In this document: in pieces, positions 8,201 through 18,855 of the stretch
Numbering within the stretch: position 1 is the first letter of the stretch
How the letters are laid out: every line of letters starts with the position of its first letter
Assembly: GCA_018304425.1 (NCBI GenBank)
Contig: JAGVWE010000002.1
Span: forward strand, 32,001-96,000
Source of the DNA: Candidatus Iainarchaeum sp.
GTDB taxonomy: Archaea > Iainarchaeota > Iainarchaeia > Iainarchaeales > UBA10219
Direction of reading: 5' to 3'
Length of the DNA: 64,000 nucleotides
Translations under genes and position numbers: made by a program
Notes under the pieces: model-generated
Database searches by the model: none
What the model was told of the DNA's origin: nothing
The model's input: only the letters and a program-made list of their open reading frames with translations

Positions 8201-11200
8201 AGCTGCGGCGTGGGGCCGTTGCCGCAGCCGGCCGGGGAAATCTCGGTCCGGTTGCAGGAAATCCTGGCAGAGGACTTGAAGTCCCAGGCCAGGGTGTTTG
8301 CGAAGAACACGGCGTACTGGTTGCGGTTCAGCGAAATCATTCCGAACGAGGACAACAAGCAGGTGCAGTCCGTGGTGCGGACTGGCCTGGAGAGCCAGGC
8401 GGACGCGGTTTCTTCGTTGATGGTGGTGCGGGATGCAAAGGCACCGGGCGTGAGCGTGGTGAAGTCGTCTTCGTTTGACCCCGCCAACAATTATGCGGAC
8501 AAGTCTGTGACGGCCGAGGACGCGAAGCAGGCCCGGTTCGGTTTTGGCGATGCCGGCAAGGGCGAGTACGAAGTCATGGTCAAGTCGTTCATTAAGAACA
8601 CTTCGGAGGCCAATGCCCCGGTCGAGATACGGTTTGGGACGAAGGCGGAAGTGAACGGTGTGCCGGTGGAAAAACCGGCGCCGGGCCAGTTGTACACGCG
8701 TTCCTACCGGCTGGGGGAACTCATTTCATGTGACCCCAATGACGTCGGCTGCACGAACTTCGTGTACGCGTTTTACTTGAGTGACCTGACCGGAAAGCAT
8801 TTTTCGGGGAAAATCCCCGTTTTGCCGGGGAAGAGCGTGGAAGTGTGGCAGGGCCTCACCTATTCCTTGGAGTACCGGATATTCAATGCCCACAAGCAGG
8901 GGAAGAGCCTGAGCAACTCCGTGTTGTCGTTCACGAACGCGGACCATGCCTTGGACGTGGTGCCGCCCTCCATTCCCCTGGCTTCCTTCGAGGTGGGCAC
9001 GAGTGTGAGCGGCAGCGTCAACTTCACGCCCAGGTCCGAGGCCGCCGTGACGAGCCTGGCCGTGTCCCTGAATTCAAGCGAGCCCGATTCAAGGGCTACT
9101 CTTTCGTTCAGCGTGCCGGGCAAGAAACAGTTTGCCGCCGTGCTTTACCCCAAGAAGCTGGTGGAAAACGTTCCGGCCAACGTCGTGCTGGAGGTAAGCG
9201 ATGCCGCGACCCGGGAGCGGGCGGCGAATGCCCTGGTCAAGGTTTCAACGGCCGAGGACTTGTCGAATCCCCTGGCGGCGGCCTTGACGGAAGCCGATGG
9301 CGTGGCCGTGTTCTCGGTGCCGGGCCTGCCGACGGGAAGCCGGTTGTTTGCCTCCGTTGAAAAGGAGTTTTACGCGAAAAAAACCGGTCTCGTGTGGGAA
9401 GTGCTGTCCGCGACCACCAGCTTTGTCCCGGATCCCTCCCTTAATTGCCTGAGTATCTCGCCCGCGAAGCTCTCGGTTCACCGCACGTTTGGCGGGGAGT
9501 TCTCGGTGAGTGCGAGGAACTGCGACGAGGAAGCCGAGTTGTTCGTGTATGAGACCGTGGCAGGAACCCCCTTGAAGCTCGTGAACAAGTCGGAGAGCGG
9601 GGCCCGGCTTTCCCTGACCACCGCGCCCAATGCGAGGCTGCCGAAGAATGGTTCCCTGTCCATTGGAGTCATGACCGAGGGCTCGACCTACCAGGGCGAC
9701 TACCTGGTGAACGTGCGCGCGCGGTTCGCCGGGCAGCAGGAGTTCCGGAACCTGGGACGCGTGGAGGTAACGGTGGGCACGAGCCAGGCCAGCGAGAGCT
9801 GTTATGGGTTGAGCAAGGCGTCCTTCGACATCTTCCACCGGCCGGATGACGCGGTCATCACGAACCGGTGCTTCCAGGCGGTGAACGATGCGTTCACGCC
9901 GAGGCTCACCCTATCGAGCCTCAAGGCCCTGTTGCAGCATGCCGGCCTCTCGAGCCTGGGCAAAATCGAGTTTTATTGGTCGGTGTCAAGGGCCAACCCG
10001 GATGGCTCCAGGGAAGTCATCGTGCCTGCCACGTATGCCGCGATTTCGCCGAAGGAAAACCGCCGCGTGGAGTTGGCGGACATCGAAAGCGAGTTGGACA
10101 GCCTGGTCATCGTGGACGTGGACGAAGGCGTGGACGTGGGAGAGGAAGCGGAAGACGAGGGGGGCGGGGAGGAAATGGAGCTCGAGGTCTTCAATACTTC
10201 GGGGGGTCTGGTGAGCACCGACCTGGAGGGCACCATCGTGGTGGCCGAGTACATTGGCGAAGACACGCAGCAGGACCCCTTGATTGAAGTGCAGGCGCTC
10301 AACAACGACTTGCGGGGCCTGGAGCCCGCCTTGTTGACGGTCACGGATTACGTGAAGGTCGCTGACCTCAAGCCCTTCACTGAGATGGGCTTCAAGTACA
10401 CGGTGACGGCGAGGGGCGAGGGCATCGACGTTGCGAAGATTTTCCTTGGAACCATTTCTGCGGACGGTGAGCGCCATGACCTGGGCGGCTTCAACGTGGA
10501 TGCCTTGGCGGGGTTGCAGGGCGTGACTTACACGGTTTCCAACGACCATGCCTGGGTGCAGACCTTGTTTGCGGGCACGCTGACGAACCAGACCACGAAC
10601 CCGGATGACCGGGTCATCGCGCGTTCGGCGGTGGACGTCTTGAAGAAGCGGGACGTGAGCGTGGCTCTTATTTATGACCCGACTTGGGGGCGGAAGTACC
10701 TGCGGCAGGTGTGCGACAACCTGGGGTCGGTTGGCAATGCGTTCGCGCAGGCCGGCTTCAACGTGGACGCCAAGTTGTATGCCATGGGCCGGAAAAGCAA
10801 GTACGTGAAGTGCGACCACGAACTGCTGACCTGGGCGGATGCCTCGAACACCGCGTATGACCGGGTGAGGGATGACGTGCGGGAGGCCTGGGGGGCTGCG
10901 GTGCAGGATTACTTGAAGCGGTTGGCGCCCTCGGATGACCGCCTGATATACGTATTCGTTTTGGCCAACAATGACCCGACCGGCACCGGTTTGGGGGCGA
11001 GGCTGCCGAAAATCACCGGCGTTTCGGCTCCGGAGAGAAAACGGTCGGACAACTGCCTTGCCAACCTGCGGCAGTATGCCGAGCAGGCCCAGCAACGGCA
11101 GCATTGTGCGGCGAACTGCAGCCAGTATAACCAGGATGGGGGAAGCAAGAGCAATGAGGGCAGCGGCTATGACCCCTGCCTGCAGTGCCGGTATGCCAAC

Positions 11201-13003
11201 TTCCAGTCCCAGGACCCGACTTGTACGAACCTCAGCTTGTCGCGCTGGAGGAAGGGAGGCGAGGAGGTGGTGGCGGAGAACGCCGCCAAGGCCGCCGCGG
11301 AAAAGGGGGCCCAGCTTTACTTCTTTTACCCACGCAAACTCGAACAGCGGTCGAGGAGGGCGTATGGGAGCCGGAAGGCGTTGGACGCCGTGGAAGTCAT
11401 GCAGTTGGCGGCTGACTTGTCCAAGGGCAAGGCCACGAGCATCAAGAACCTGGGCAACATCTCGGTCGACTTGGTGGACACGATCCGGGTCATCCAGAAG
11501 TCGTTGAACCCCACGGCCACGGAGACGTTCCACGTGCTGCTCAGGGCAGGGGACACGGACGTGTGCTATGGGCCCAACGACATCGAGGGCTTGACCGGCG
11601 AGAACGCGTTCCCGCGCGCCTTGTTTTCCTGGAATGCCGCGAAAATCCAGGCCGACACGTGCAGCAAGTCCAGCAACAAGGTTGCCTTCTGTGACGCGAG
11701 CCAGTTCAGCTTGTCGCTTATCAAGCGGTTGCTGCTGGTCCAGCAGTTGTACAAGGAAAAGAAGTACGATGACGTGGAAAACCTCTTGCACGACGAAGTG
11801 TACTTGAAGCCGGATGGTTACACGGCGGACCTGCTGTCCGACCTCGATGAGTACTTGCGGTCGCAGGCGTTCTTTGAGACGCCGAGCGGTTACCTGCAGT
11901 GGCTCAAGGAATACTTTTCGAGCCCGGGCAGGCTCGAGTTCGTTTCCGACAACCATTCCCTTACGCCGCTGCCCTCGGCTGGATTGTACCGCATGGACAT
12001 TTCCATTGAGTTCCCGCCGGGAAAACTGGGGCAGTTCATGGAATCGGATGAGCCGGTTGCGTTCATCACCGTGAAACTCAATGAAGTGGTGGGCATGCCG
12101 ACTTCGAACCTCTTCGAGCGGCTGCCCTTGGACGGCGCCATCGTTGAAACGAGCCGGGAAGGCTATGGGGTGAGCTATACGGGCGACCGGGTGCCCATCC
12201 GCTCGGATGAGGGAGTGGAGGCAAGACCCATTCCCGGCAGCGATAACCTGGCATTGGTGAGGGTAGCGCATCGGACGGACTTCGAGTACCTGAACAACGA
12301 GGCGCGGTCGTTCGTCTTCCACGCGAAGGACAACCTGGATGGAACCGTGGACTGGGTGTTCAGCCCGAGCCATGCCGCGCCCGCCTTGTTGAAGGTCGAG
12401 GGCCGGCCCGAGCGCGCGGAAGCATACTACAAGGTGGTGGACGCGCAGGGGGCAAGCGTGGACGTGGGCGCGTTTGGCTCGCTGTGGACGGGAATCGCGA
12501 GCAGCCTCTTCAATTGCGCTGACTTTTCGGGGAAGCGGGTGTTTTACAAGCGCGCGGACGCCCGGAACGCGGGTTGTGCCAAGGAGAAGAGTGGTTACAA
12601 TTACGGGTTCAGCTGGCTGCCAACGGGCGGGCAAGCGGTCTTGGATGCTGGCGCGGTTTACCTGCGCACGATTTTCTACACGCCGGTGGACCAGGTGTAC
12701 AGCGTCAAGAACGTGTGCGCGTCGGGTGAGCCCCTGATTGTTTCGACGGCGCAGACCCTGGACAACTTCGACGAATTCATTGGCTTGAAGCACAACCTGG
12801 AGGCAACCACGTTGAGCGACATGTTCGAGAAGGTGAAGGCGCGGAAGATGTGCTTGAAGGCGAGCGACAACGAGGTAAGGCTTTGGTGGAACGAGGACGA
12901 GTTGTACAAGGAACTGGCAGCGAATTACAACGATCACTTCGATTCCCTGGCCGAGGGCAACGCGGACTTCCAGGCGTGTGGCCCGGAAGCCGCGCAAAAG
13001 TAG
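5223..13003 (+). CDS. Giant cell-surface protein: signal peptide/TM anchor, carboxypeptidase-regulatory-like beta domains, Cys-rich repeats, Ig-like and vWA-like regions. Reading frame broken at ~6818 and ~8112.
   Basis: ORFs 5223.., 6901.. and 7943..13003 join into one protein if +1 shifts are assumed directly after two identical 99-bp repeats. The CPxGQNRCADxSCQASCGPG units continue across both breaks. Confidence 0.8.
6720..6818 (+). repeat. 99-bp exact repeat, copy 1 (Cys-rich array)
   Basis: Identical to 8014-8112. Confidence 0.95.
8014..8112 (+). repeat. 99-bp exact repeat, copy 2 (Cys-rich array)
   Basis: Identical to 6720-6818. In addition, 8161-8199 equals 6819-6857. Confidence 0.95.
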
Positions 13004-13085
13004 GGTGCTGCGATTTCGACAGTAGTTTAAACCTGGCAGGACAGTTGACGAAACGCTTTTAAAGGGTAAAGCCCTATATTTGGCT

Positions 13086-13796
13086 ATGGCTGAAAAGCTG
13101 GACACCATTATTGCCGGAGAAATAGCCCTTTCCAAGGATCCTGGCGGGTCCATGAAGAAGTGGCGGGAAATCTTTGGCATCAGCCAAACCGAGTTGGCCG
13201 AGTACCTGGATGTTTCGAGTTCCACCATTAGCGATTACGAGGGCGGAAGGCGCAAAAGCCCGGGAATTGCTGTGGTAGCGCGTTTGGTGCAGTCATTGCT
13301 GTCACTCGACGAGAAACGAGGCGGCAAGATAAGAAAACAGTTGGAAAAGGACTTTAAACCGAAGGAAGACGTGTTTGACACGCATGAATTCACGGCCTCC
13401 CTTAACGGAAAAGTGTTTGCCGAGAAGATTGGGGCCACTTGTGTCGCCAACCCGGGCCGGCTCAAGGAAACCAGCGTCTACGGTTATACAGTCATCGACA
13501 GCCTCAAAGTCATCCTGGACGTTCCCGTGCACGAGTACATGCAGTTGTATGGGAAGACCCCGGAACGGGCCCTGGTGTTCCAGCACGTGGAAACCGGGCG
13601 AAGCCCCCTCATCGCCGTGAAAATCGGGCGCTTTTCTACGGACATGCGGCCCAACATCGTGGTCCTGCACGGGCTCGCCCACGACAAGGTGGATCCCATC
13701 GCGGTGAAAATCGCGGAGTCGGAGAAAATCCCGTTGCTGACCACGGAAATGCCAATAGAAGAAGTCGTGAAGGGCCTGAAACGGTTCGAGCCTTGA
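13086..13796 (+). CDS. Archaeal XRE-type HTH transcriptional regulator with DRTGG-like C-terminal domain
   Basis: IAGEI..S..PG..MKKWRE.F..SQ.ELA..L.VS.S.ISDYE.GRRKSPG. C-terminal GRSP.IA motif. Confidence 0.85.
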   Translation: MAEKLDTIIAGEIALSKDPGGSMKKWREIFGISQTELAEYLDVSSSTISDYEGGRRKSPGIAVVARLVQSLLSLDEKRGGKIRKQLEKDFKPKEDVFDTHEFTASLNGKVFAEKIGATCVANPGRLKETSVYGYTVIDSLKVILDVPVHEYMQLYGKTPERALVFQHVETGRSPLIAVKIGRFSTDMRPNIVVLHGLAHDKVDPIAVKIAESEKIPLLTTEMPIEEVVKGLKRFEP

Positions 13797-13806
13797 ATTG
13801 ATTCCA

Positions 13807-14232
13807 ATGAATGGGGAATTCTTCCGGCCCACTAAAAGAAAAATCTTGCTGGGGCTCGCCCTCGCCGCGTTCTTCTGGTTCTTTCCCATCGCGAGCAAAA
13901 GCGTAGTGGCCTTCCCCTTTTTCAGCCTCACTTCCGCGGAACTCTCTGTTGCGCTGAATGTCCTCGCCGCTTACGTCTTTGGATGCGCCCTCGCCGCCAA
14001 TTTTGGAAACAGAAAGCGGTTGATCATCGTTGCCCTCGCACTCGTCCTCATCTACCTCGCAGTGCCAAAGATAGCGTCCTACTCGGTTGGGGACATCGGT
14101 GGGAGGACGGAAACCTACTGCGATTGCGTTGGGGTTCAGGTTCCCATCAGCCAATGCTGTGGTTCCGGCGTCGACTACTGCATTGGAGTCTGCCAGCGGG
14201 ACGAGAAGATTGAGCGGTGGCCCATTGGATGA
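13807..14232 (+). CDS. Hypothetical membrane protein with Cys-rich C-terminus
   Basis: Three hydrophobic segments and a CDC..CC..C...C tail. Confidence 0.6.
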   Translation: MNGEFFRPTKRKILLGLALAAFFWFFPIASKSVVAFPFFSLTSAELSVALNVLAAYVFGCALAANFGNRKRLIIVALALVLIYLAVPKIASYSVGDIGGRTETYCDCVGVQVPISQCCGSGVDYCIGVCQRDEKIERWPIG

Positions 14233-14241
14233 ACCGCCGGC

Positions 14242-14946
14242 TCACTTGACGCGCACGCAGAACGTGTAGCGCTTTTTTTCCTTGCCTGACTTGTTCACGC
14301 CCATCAGCTTGAAGGAGCGCGTGATTTTCCCGTGGGTTTTCCGCGCCAGCAACAGGGACAATTTCTTGCCCGCGTGCTTGGAGCCGATGAAGAAATCCAG
14401 CCCTTTCGGGACGACAAAGGAGTCGATGAGGCCCGACAACGGGTCTTCTTCCCGCATGCGGTCGAGCTCGGCCTTCACCAACGACCGGTAACCGTGCACC
14501 TCGTCGTTTTCCAGGTCCTTCGGGAACCGCAACTGCACGATGGACTCATGGTAGTAGGAGGAGAGCTTCATGCAGGAATCACAGGTGCCGCTCAGGGGCT
14601 TGATGAGCGTGAGCCGCTGGACGGCGACTTCGGCGCCGTCCATTTTTCCGCGCACGGTGACCAGCGCCTGCGTGGTCCCATTCTCCTGGGGCGAAAGCTC
14701 CACGGAGAACCTGGGTGAGGCCAGTTCCCGGACCCTGGCCTTGGAGACGAGGATGGCCTGGAGGTCGGCTTCCGACTGCCCGACCCATTTCTCGCGGAAC
14801 CGCACCTTGTTGCAGTGCGGGCAGTGGGGCAGTTCCACCACGGGCGGCAGTTCCAGCAGCTGCCGCGCCTGCGTGAAGCACTTCACGCAAAAATTCTTCA
14901 CGAACGGCCCCTGTTCGGAACCGCATTGGGGGCAAAAATTCTTCAC
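14242..14946 (-). CDS. NMD3 family ribosome-associated protein
   Basis: FCPQCG, FCVKC, CPHC and CDSC zinc motifs plus YHESIVQLR. GTG start. Confidence 0.9.
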   Translation of the reverse strand: MKNFCPQCGSEQGPFVKNFCVKCFTQARQLLELPPVVELPHCPHCNKVRFREKWVGQSEADLQAILVSKARVRELASPRFSVELSPQENGTTQALVTVRGKMDGAEVAVQRLTLIKPLSGTCDSCMKLSSYYHESIVQLRFPKDLENDEVHGYRSLVKAELDRMREEDPLSGLIDSFVVPKGLDFFIGSKHAGKKLSLLLARKTHGKITRSFKLMGVNKSGKEKKRYTFCVRVK

Positions 14947-14957
14947 GGCCAGGCCCT

Positions 14958-16229
14958 CTACAACTCCAGGACGTCGCCGAGGCGCGGGGCAACGGTATTG
15001 AAGCCCTCCCTCTTCAGGTCGGCCATGAACTGTTCCTCGATTTTTTCGTCGCCGTGCACCAGGACGATGTTGTCTGGGTCCCACTTCTTTATGGCGTGCA
15101 GGAGCTCGGACTTGCCCGCATGCGCGGAGAAGTCGAATTTCTCGACTTCCATGCGGACGTCGACCTCGTGCTTGTCGATGACCAGTTTCCCGGTTTCCAG
15201 GAGCCTCCGGCCGGGCGTGTCCGCAACCTGGTAACCGGTCAGGAAAATCTTGGAGTTCGCGTCCTTGTAGAGCTTGGGCAGGTAATAATAGATGGGACCG
15301 CCCTGCAGCATGCCCGAAGTGGTCACAATGACGCTGGGCCGCTTCAAGGCTTCCTTGCGGTTCTTTTCCTTCAACACCCAGTTGGCGCGGTCCAGCGCGC
15401 GCTTGAGGGCCTGCGGTTTCTTGATGTAGTTGGCATACTTGAGGTAAATGCGCGCCGCCTTCAACGCCATGCCATCCAGGTAGACGTCCGCGCCCACCTT
15501 GTACTCGTTCAAGACGTCAATGATTTCCGCGCTCCGGCCCACGGCGAACGCCGCGACCACCGCGTGCCCGCCGCGGTCAATCGTGTTCTGGACTTCCTCG
15601 CAGAACAGCCGCTCCGACTCCTTTCGCGGGGGATGGTCGCGGTCCCCATAACAGCTTTCGATGATGAGGTCATCCACTTTTCCGACGTTGAGGTTGGCCC
15701 CGGTGTGGAGCCTGGTTTCGTTGGGCTTGAAGTCGCCGGTGTACATGAGTTTCCTGCCGCCGAAGTCGAGCTTGGTCAGGGCCGCGCCCAGGATGTGGCC
15801 GGCGTCAAAGAACTCCATCGACGAACGCTGCGAGATGTCCATCTTCTTGCCGAAGTTGATGGGAAAGGTATAGCGTTCCGTGCGCACGATTTCGTCCTCG
15901 GAGAACGGCGCGTCCAAGCCATCCATGTCCGCGATTTTCAGGGTGTCGGCCCACAAGAGCTTGGAGATGTCCAGGGTGGGCGGGGTCATGTAGGTCAGGG
16001 TGTTCGAGGAACTGAACAGGTGCGGCAAATGCCCGGAGTGGTCGAGGTGCGCGTGAGAGATGATGGCCGCGTCCAGGTTGCCCTTGACGGGCAGGGGATA
16101 TTCGACTCCTTTGGGGTGGAGTTTGACACCGCAGTCCAGCATGACCCGGTCGCCGGCCTCCACCACGAAACAACTCCGCCCGACCTCGCGGGCCGCGCCA
16201 TGGAAGGAGATTTTCAGTTTATGGTGCAT
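14958..16229 (-). CDS. MBL-fold beta-CASP ribonuclease (aCPSF2-like)
   Basis: GAAREVGRSC, SHAHLDHSG, AGHILG, YTGD, GYQ and FSAH motifs. Confidence 0.93.
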   Translation of the reverse strand: MHHKLKISFHGAAREVGRSCFVVEAGDRVMLDCGVKLHPKGVEYPLPVKGNLDAAIISHAHLDHSGHLPHLFSSSNTLTYMTPPTLDISKLLWADTLKIADMDGLDAPFSEDEIVRTERYTFPINFGKKMDISQRSSMEFFDAGHILGAALTKLDFGGRKLMYTGDFKPNETRLHTGANLNVGKVDDLIIESCYGDRDHPPRKESERLFCEEVQNTIDRGGHAVVAAFAVGRSAEIIDVLNEYKVGADVYLDGMALKAARIYLKYANYIKKPQALKRALDRANWVLKEKNRKEALKRPSVIVTTSGMLQGGPIYYYLPKLYKDANSKIFLTGYQVADTPGRRLLETGKLVIDKHEVDVRMEVEKFDFSAHAGKSELLHAIKKWDPDNIVLVHGDEKIEEQFMADLKREGFNTVAPRLGDVLEL

Positions 16230-16298
16230 GCAATCAATCCAACGTAATTAGAGTTACAAGGACTTATAAATAGTTAACCGGCCCATCCAAGAAGCGAA

Positions 16299-16775
16299 TC
16301 ACTGTTTTCGCACTAATTTCCCGTCCTTTAAAGCTACCAGCAACGCCTTCGACGTCTGTTTCAGGGCAGGGTGCACGAAGTCCGGCGCGAGTTCGGCGAG
16401 GGGTTCCAAGACGAACCGCCGCTTGTGCAGTTCTGGGTGCGGGATTTTCAGGCCGGGTTCGTCAATGATTTCGTTGCCGTAAAACAGGAGGTCCAGGTCG
16501 ATGGCGCGCGGCCCCCAACGGGTGGAACGCGTCCGGCCCAGGGCGGCCTCAACGGATAGGAGGAAGTCCAGCAGCTGGCGGGGGACAAGGCCGGTTTCGA
16601 GTTCGGCGACGGCGTTCAAGAACCAGGGCTGATCTTCAAAGCCAACCGGCTCGGTCTCGTAAAAGCCGGAAACCCGCTGCACCCGGGCCTTGGCGGCAAG
16701 CAATTGCAGGGCCTGGTGGAGGTTCTTCTCTTTGTCGCCGCGGTTGGAGCCCAAGCCGATGAACACCCGGGTCAT
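16299..16775 (-). CDS. folK: 2-amino-4-hydroxy-6-hydroxymethyldihydropteridine diphosphokinase (HPPK)
   Basis: IGLGSN, YETEP, FLNAV, RWGPRAIDLDLL, IPHP..HKRRFVLEPL. Confidence 0.97.
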   Translation of the reverse strand: MTRVFIGLGSNRGDKEKNLHQALQLLAAKARVQRVSGFYETEPVGFEDQPWFLNAVAELETGLVPRQLLDFLLSVEAALGRTRSTRWGPRAIDLDLLFYGNEIIDEPGLKIPHPELHKRRFVLEPLAELAPDFVHPALKQTSKALLVALKDGKLVRKQ

Positions 16776-17143
16776 TCGCCCCGCTTCCTGTAGATTTCCA
16801 CGGTCACGTCCCGCAAACTGTACCTGGGCTTGGGCAACTGCTTGACCACGCGCACCATGACCGCGTCAACCCTAGGATGCCCTAACACGAGGTCGGTTAC
16901 CGTCTCGGCAACCGCTTCAATCAGGTTGAATTCCTTGCCTTCCACCCGGGCCTGGATCTCCTTGTACAAGTCCGCGTAGTTTATGGTGCGCGAGAGGTCG
17001 TCGGCCGCGCCCGCATTCCGCAACTCCGCTTCCAAGCCCACCGTGATGGAAATCGTCTGCTTGGTCATGCGCTCGGTCTCCGTAGCCCCCACGTGGAGCT
17101 GGAACCGCATGTCATTCATGTACAGCCTGTCAGCCATGTTCAT
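16772..17143 (-). CDS. folB: Dihydroneopterin aldolase
   Basis: HVG..E.ER..Q, DDL..TINY and FNLIEAVAE motifs. Located in the fol operon. Confidence 0.93.
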   Translation of the reverse strand: MNMADRLYMNDMRFQLHVGATETERMTKQTISITVGLEAELRNAGAADDLSRTINYADLYKEIQARVEGKEFNLIEAVAETVTDLVLGHPRVDAVMVRVVKQLPKPRYSLRDVTVEIYRKRGE

Positions 17144-17943
17144 GCCTCCTTGATTGCTTGCACCAGGTCAATGACTCTCCGGGCGTCCCGCACGTCGTGC
17201 ACGCGCACCAGGTCCGCTCCGTTCCACACCGAGACCGCGACCGCGGCCAGCGTTCCTTCGAGGCGGTTGTTCACGTCGAGGCCCAAGACGTTGCCGATAA
17301 AGGACTTGCGCGAGGGCCCCACGCAGAGGGGTTTCCCGAGTTCCTTGAACTCGGCTAGGCGCTTCAGCAACTGCAGGTTGTGTGCCGTGGTCTTGCCAAA
17401 ACCGATGCCCGGGTCGAGGATGACTTGCCGGAGCCCCGCTTCCTTGGCGGCTGCCAGGCGGTCCCGGAAGTAAGCCAGGAGATCCATGACGACATCTACA
17501 TAAACTGGTTTTTCCTGCATGTTCTTGGGGTTGCCCAGCATGTGCATGCAGACCACGGGCACCTGGTAATCGGCCGCCAATTCGAGGATGGCGGGGTTGC
17601 GGAGGCCCGTGACGTCGTTGAGGAGGTTGGCGCCCATTTCCAGGCAGGCCCTCGCGACTTCGGGCTTGTAGGTGTCGATGGAGAGGGGAATTGAGATTTT
17701 GTCCACGAGTTGTTCGAGCACGGGCTGGAGGCGGCGGAGTTCTTCCTGCACCGAAACCGGGTCGCTGCCTGGGCGCGTGCTTTCTCCTCCAAGGTCCAAA
17801 ACGTCGGCCCCTTGCGCGACCATTTCGTGGGCGCGCGCGACCGCGGCCTGCGTGGAGGGAAAGTGGCCGCCGTCCGAGAACGAGTCGGGAGTCACATTCA
17901 GTATGCCCATGATGCGTGGCTTCGAAAAATCGAGGGGTTTCAT
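17140..17943 (-). CDS. folP: Dihydropteroate synthase
   Basis: IMGILNVTPDSFSDGG, GGESTRPG, DPGIGFGK, SRKSF and RVHDV motifs. Confidence 0.98.
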   Translation of the reverse strand: MKPLDFSKPRIMGILNVTPDSFSDGGHFPSTQAAVARAHEMVAQGADVLDLGGESTRPGSDPVSVQEELRRLQPVLEQLVDKISIPLSIDTYKPEVARACLEMGANLLNDVTGLRNPAILELAADYQVPVVCMHMLGNPKNMQEKPVYVDVVMDLLAYFRDRLAAAKEAGLRQVILDPGIGFGKTTAHNLQLLKRLAEFKELGKPLCVGPSRKSFIGNVLGLDVNNRLEGTLAAVAVSVWNGADLVRVHDVRDARRVIDLVQAIKEA

Positions 17944-17944
17944 G

Positions 17945-18502
17945 TCATCCCTTGATGAGTGAGAGTGCTTCGGCGCGCGTGGCCTGGTTTTTCTCGAAGA
18001 TGCCGCGCACCGCCGAGGTAATCGTCTTGGCGCCGGGTTTTTTGGCCCCGATCATTTCGAGGCAGAGGTGCCTTCCCTCCACGATGACGAGCGCGCCGCG
18101 GGGTTTCAGTTTTTTCATGAGGAGGTCGGCGAGTTCGGTGACGAGTTTTTCCTGGAGCGTGGGCTTCTTGGCGAGGGCGTCGACGGCTTTGGCGAGGGCG
18201 CTGAACCCGGCGACGCGGTCGTCTTTGGGGATGTATGCGATGCTGGCCTTGCCGAAGAAGGGCAGCAGGTGGTGTTCGCACACGCCGTACAAGGGGATGT
18301 CTTTGACCAACACCATTTCTTCGTGCCTGAGCTCGTGGGTGGTTTCCAGGAGTTTTTCGGGGTCGGCGTCGAGGCCGGAAAAGATTTCGGCGTACATGTC
18401 GGCCACGCGTTCCGGGGTCCTGGTCAGGCCGCTGCGTTTTGGGTCTTCGCCGATGGCTTCCAGCAGCAATTCAATGGCTTTCTTTACCCTGGCTTTGTCC
18501 AT
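17945..18502 (-). CDS. folE: GTP cyclohydrolase I (bacterial type IA)
   Basis: GEDP.R.GL..TP.RV, CEHHLLPF, LQE and H.C motifs. Confidence 0.97.
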   Translation of the reverse strand: MDKARVKKAIELLLEAIGEDPKRSGLTRTPERVADMYAEIFSGLDADPEKLLETTHELRHEEMVLVKDIPLYGVCEHHLLPFFGKASIAYIPKDDRVAGFSALAKAVDALAKKPTLQEKLVTELADLLMKKLKPRGALVIVEGRHLCLEMIGAKKPGAKTITSAVRGIFEKNQATRAEALSLIKG

Positions 18503-18589
18503 TTCTTCCCCAATAGGATTGGCTGGGAAAGGGTTTAAAAGGCTGGCTTTACGGCATTGCCAGGGCTTTCCGCAACCTATTCCGCGCGC

Positions 18590-18846
18590 AACTCGATTTT
18601 TTTGTTGGCGCCGACCTTGAGTTTGAGGGTGTTTCCTTTCTGGAGGCCCAAGGCCTGCTGGTCTTCGATGTGCACGTGGCCCAACTCGCCGGGCGGTTGC
18701 TCGCCGAGCTCAAATACCAGGGCCAGGCCATTGGGGACGCCGATACCCTCATCGCCGCGCTCGCCTTGCGCCACAACCGAACGCTGGTGACGCGGAATGT
18801 CAAACACTTCCAGCGGGTGCCCAACCTAAAAGTAGTTGAATGGTAA
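18590..18846 (+). pseudogene. PIN/VapC toxin remnant (N-terminus missing)
   Basis: Frame reads ...FDVHVAQLAGRLLAELKYQGQAIGDADTLIAALALRHNRTLVTRNVKHFQRVPNLKVVEW*. There is no start codon and no N-terminal LDT motif before the upstream stop. Confidence 0.75.
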
Positions 18847-18855
18847 CGCAGCCCC

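Noticed and set aside
9986-13228. Very long antisense ORFs (this one and many shorter ones, e.g. 31737..33284)
   Set aside because: Shadow ORFs of real genes in high-GC DNA, with no recognisable motifs.
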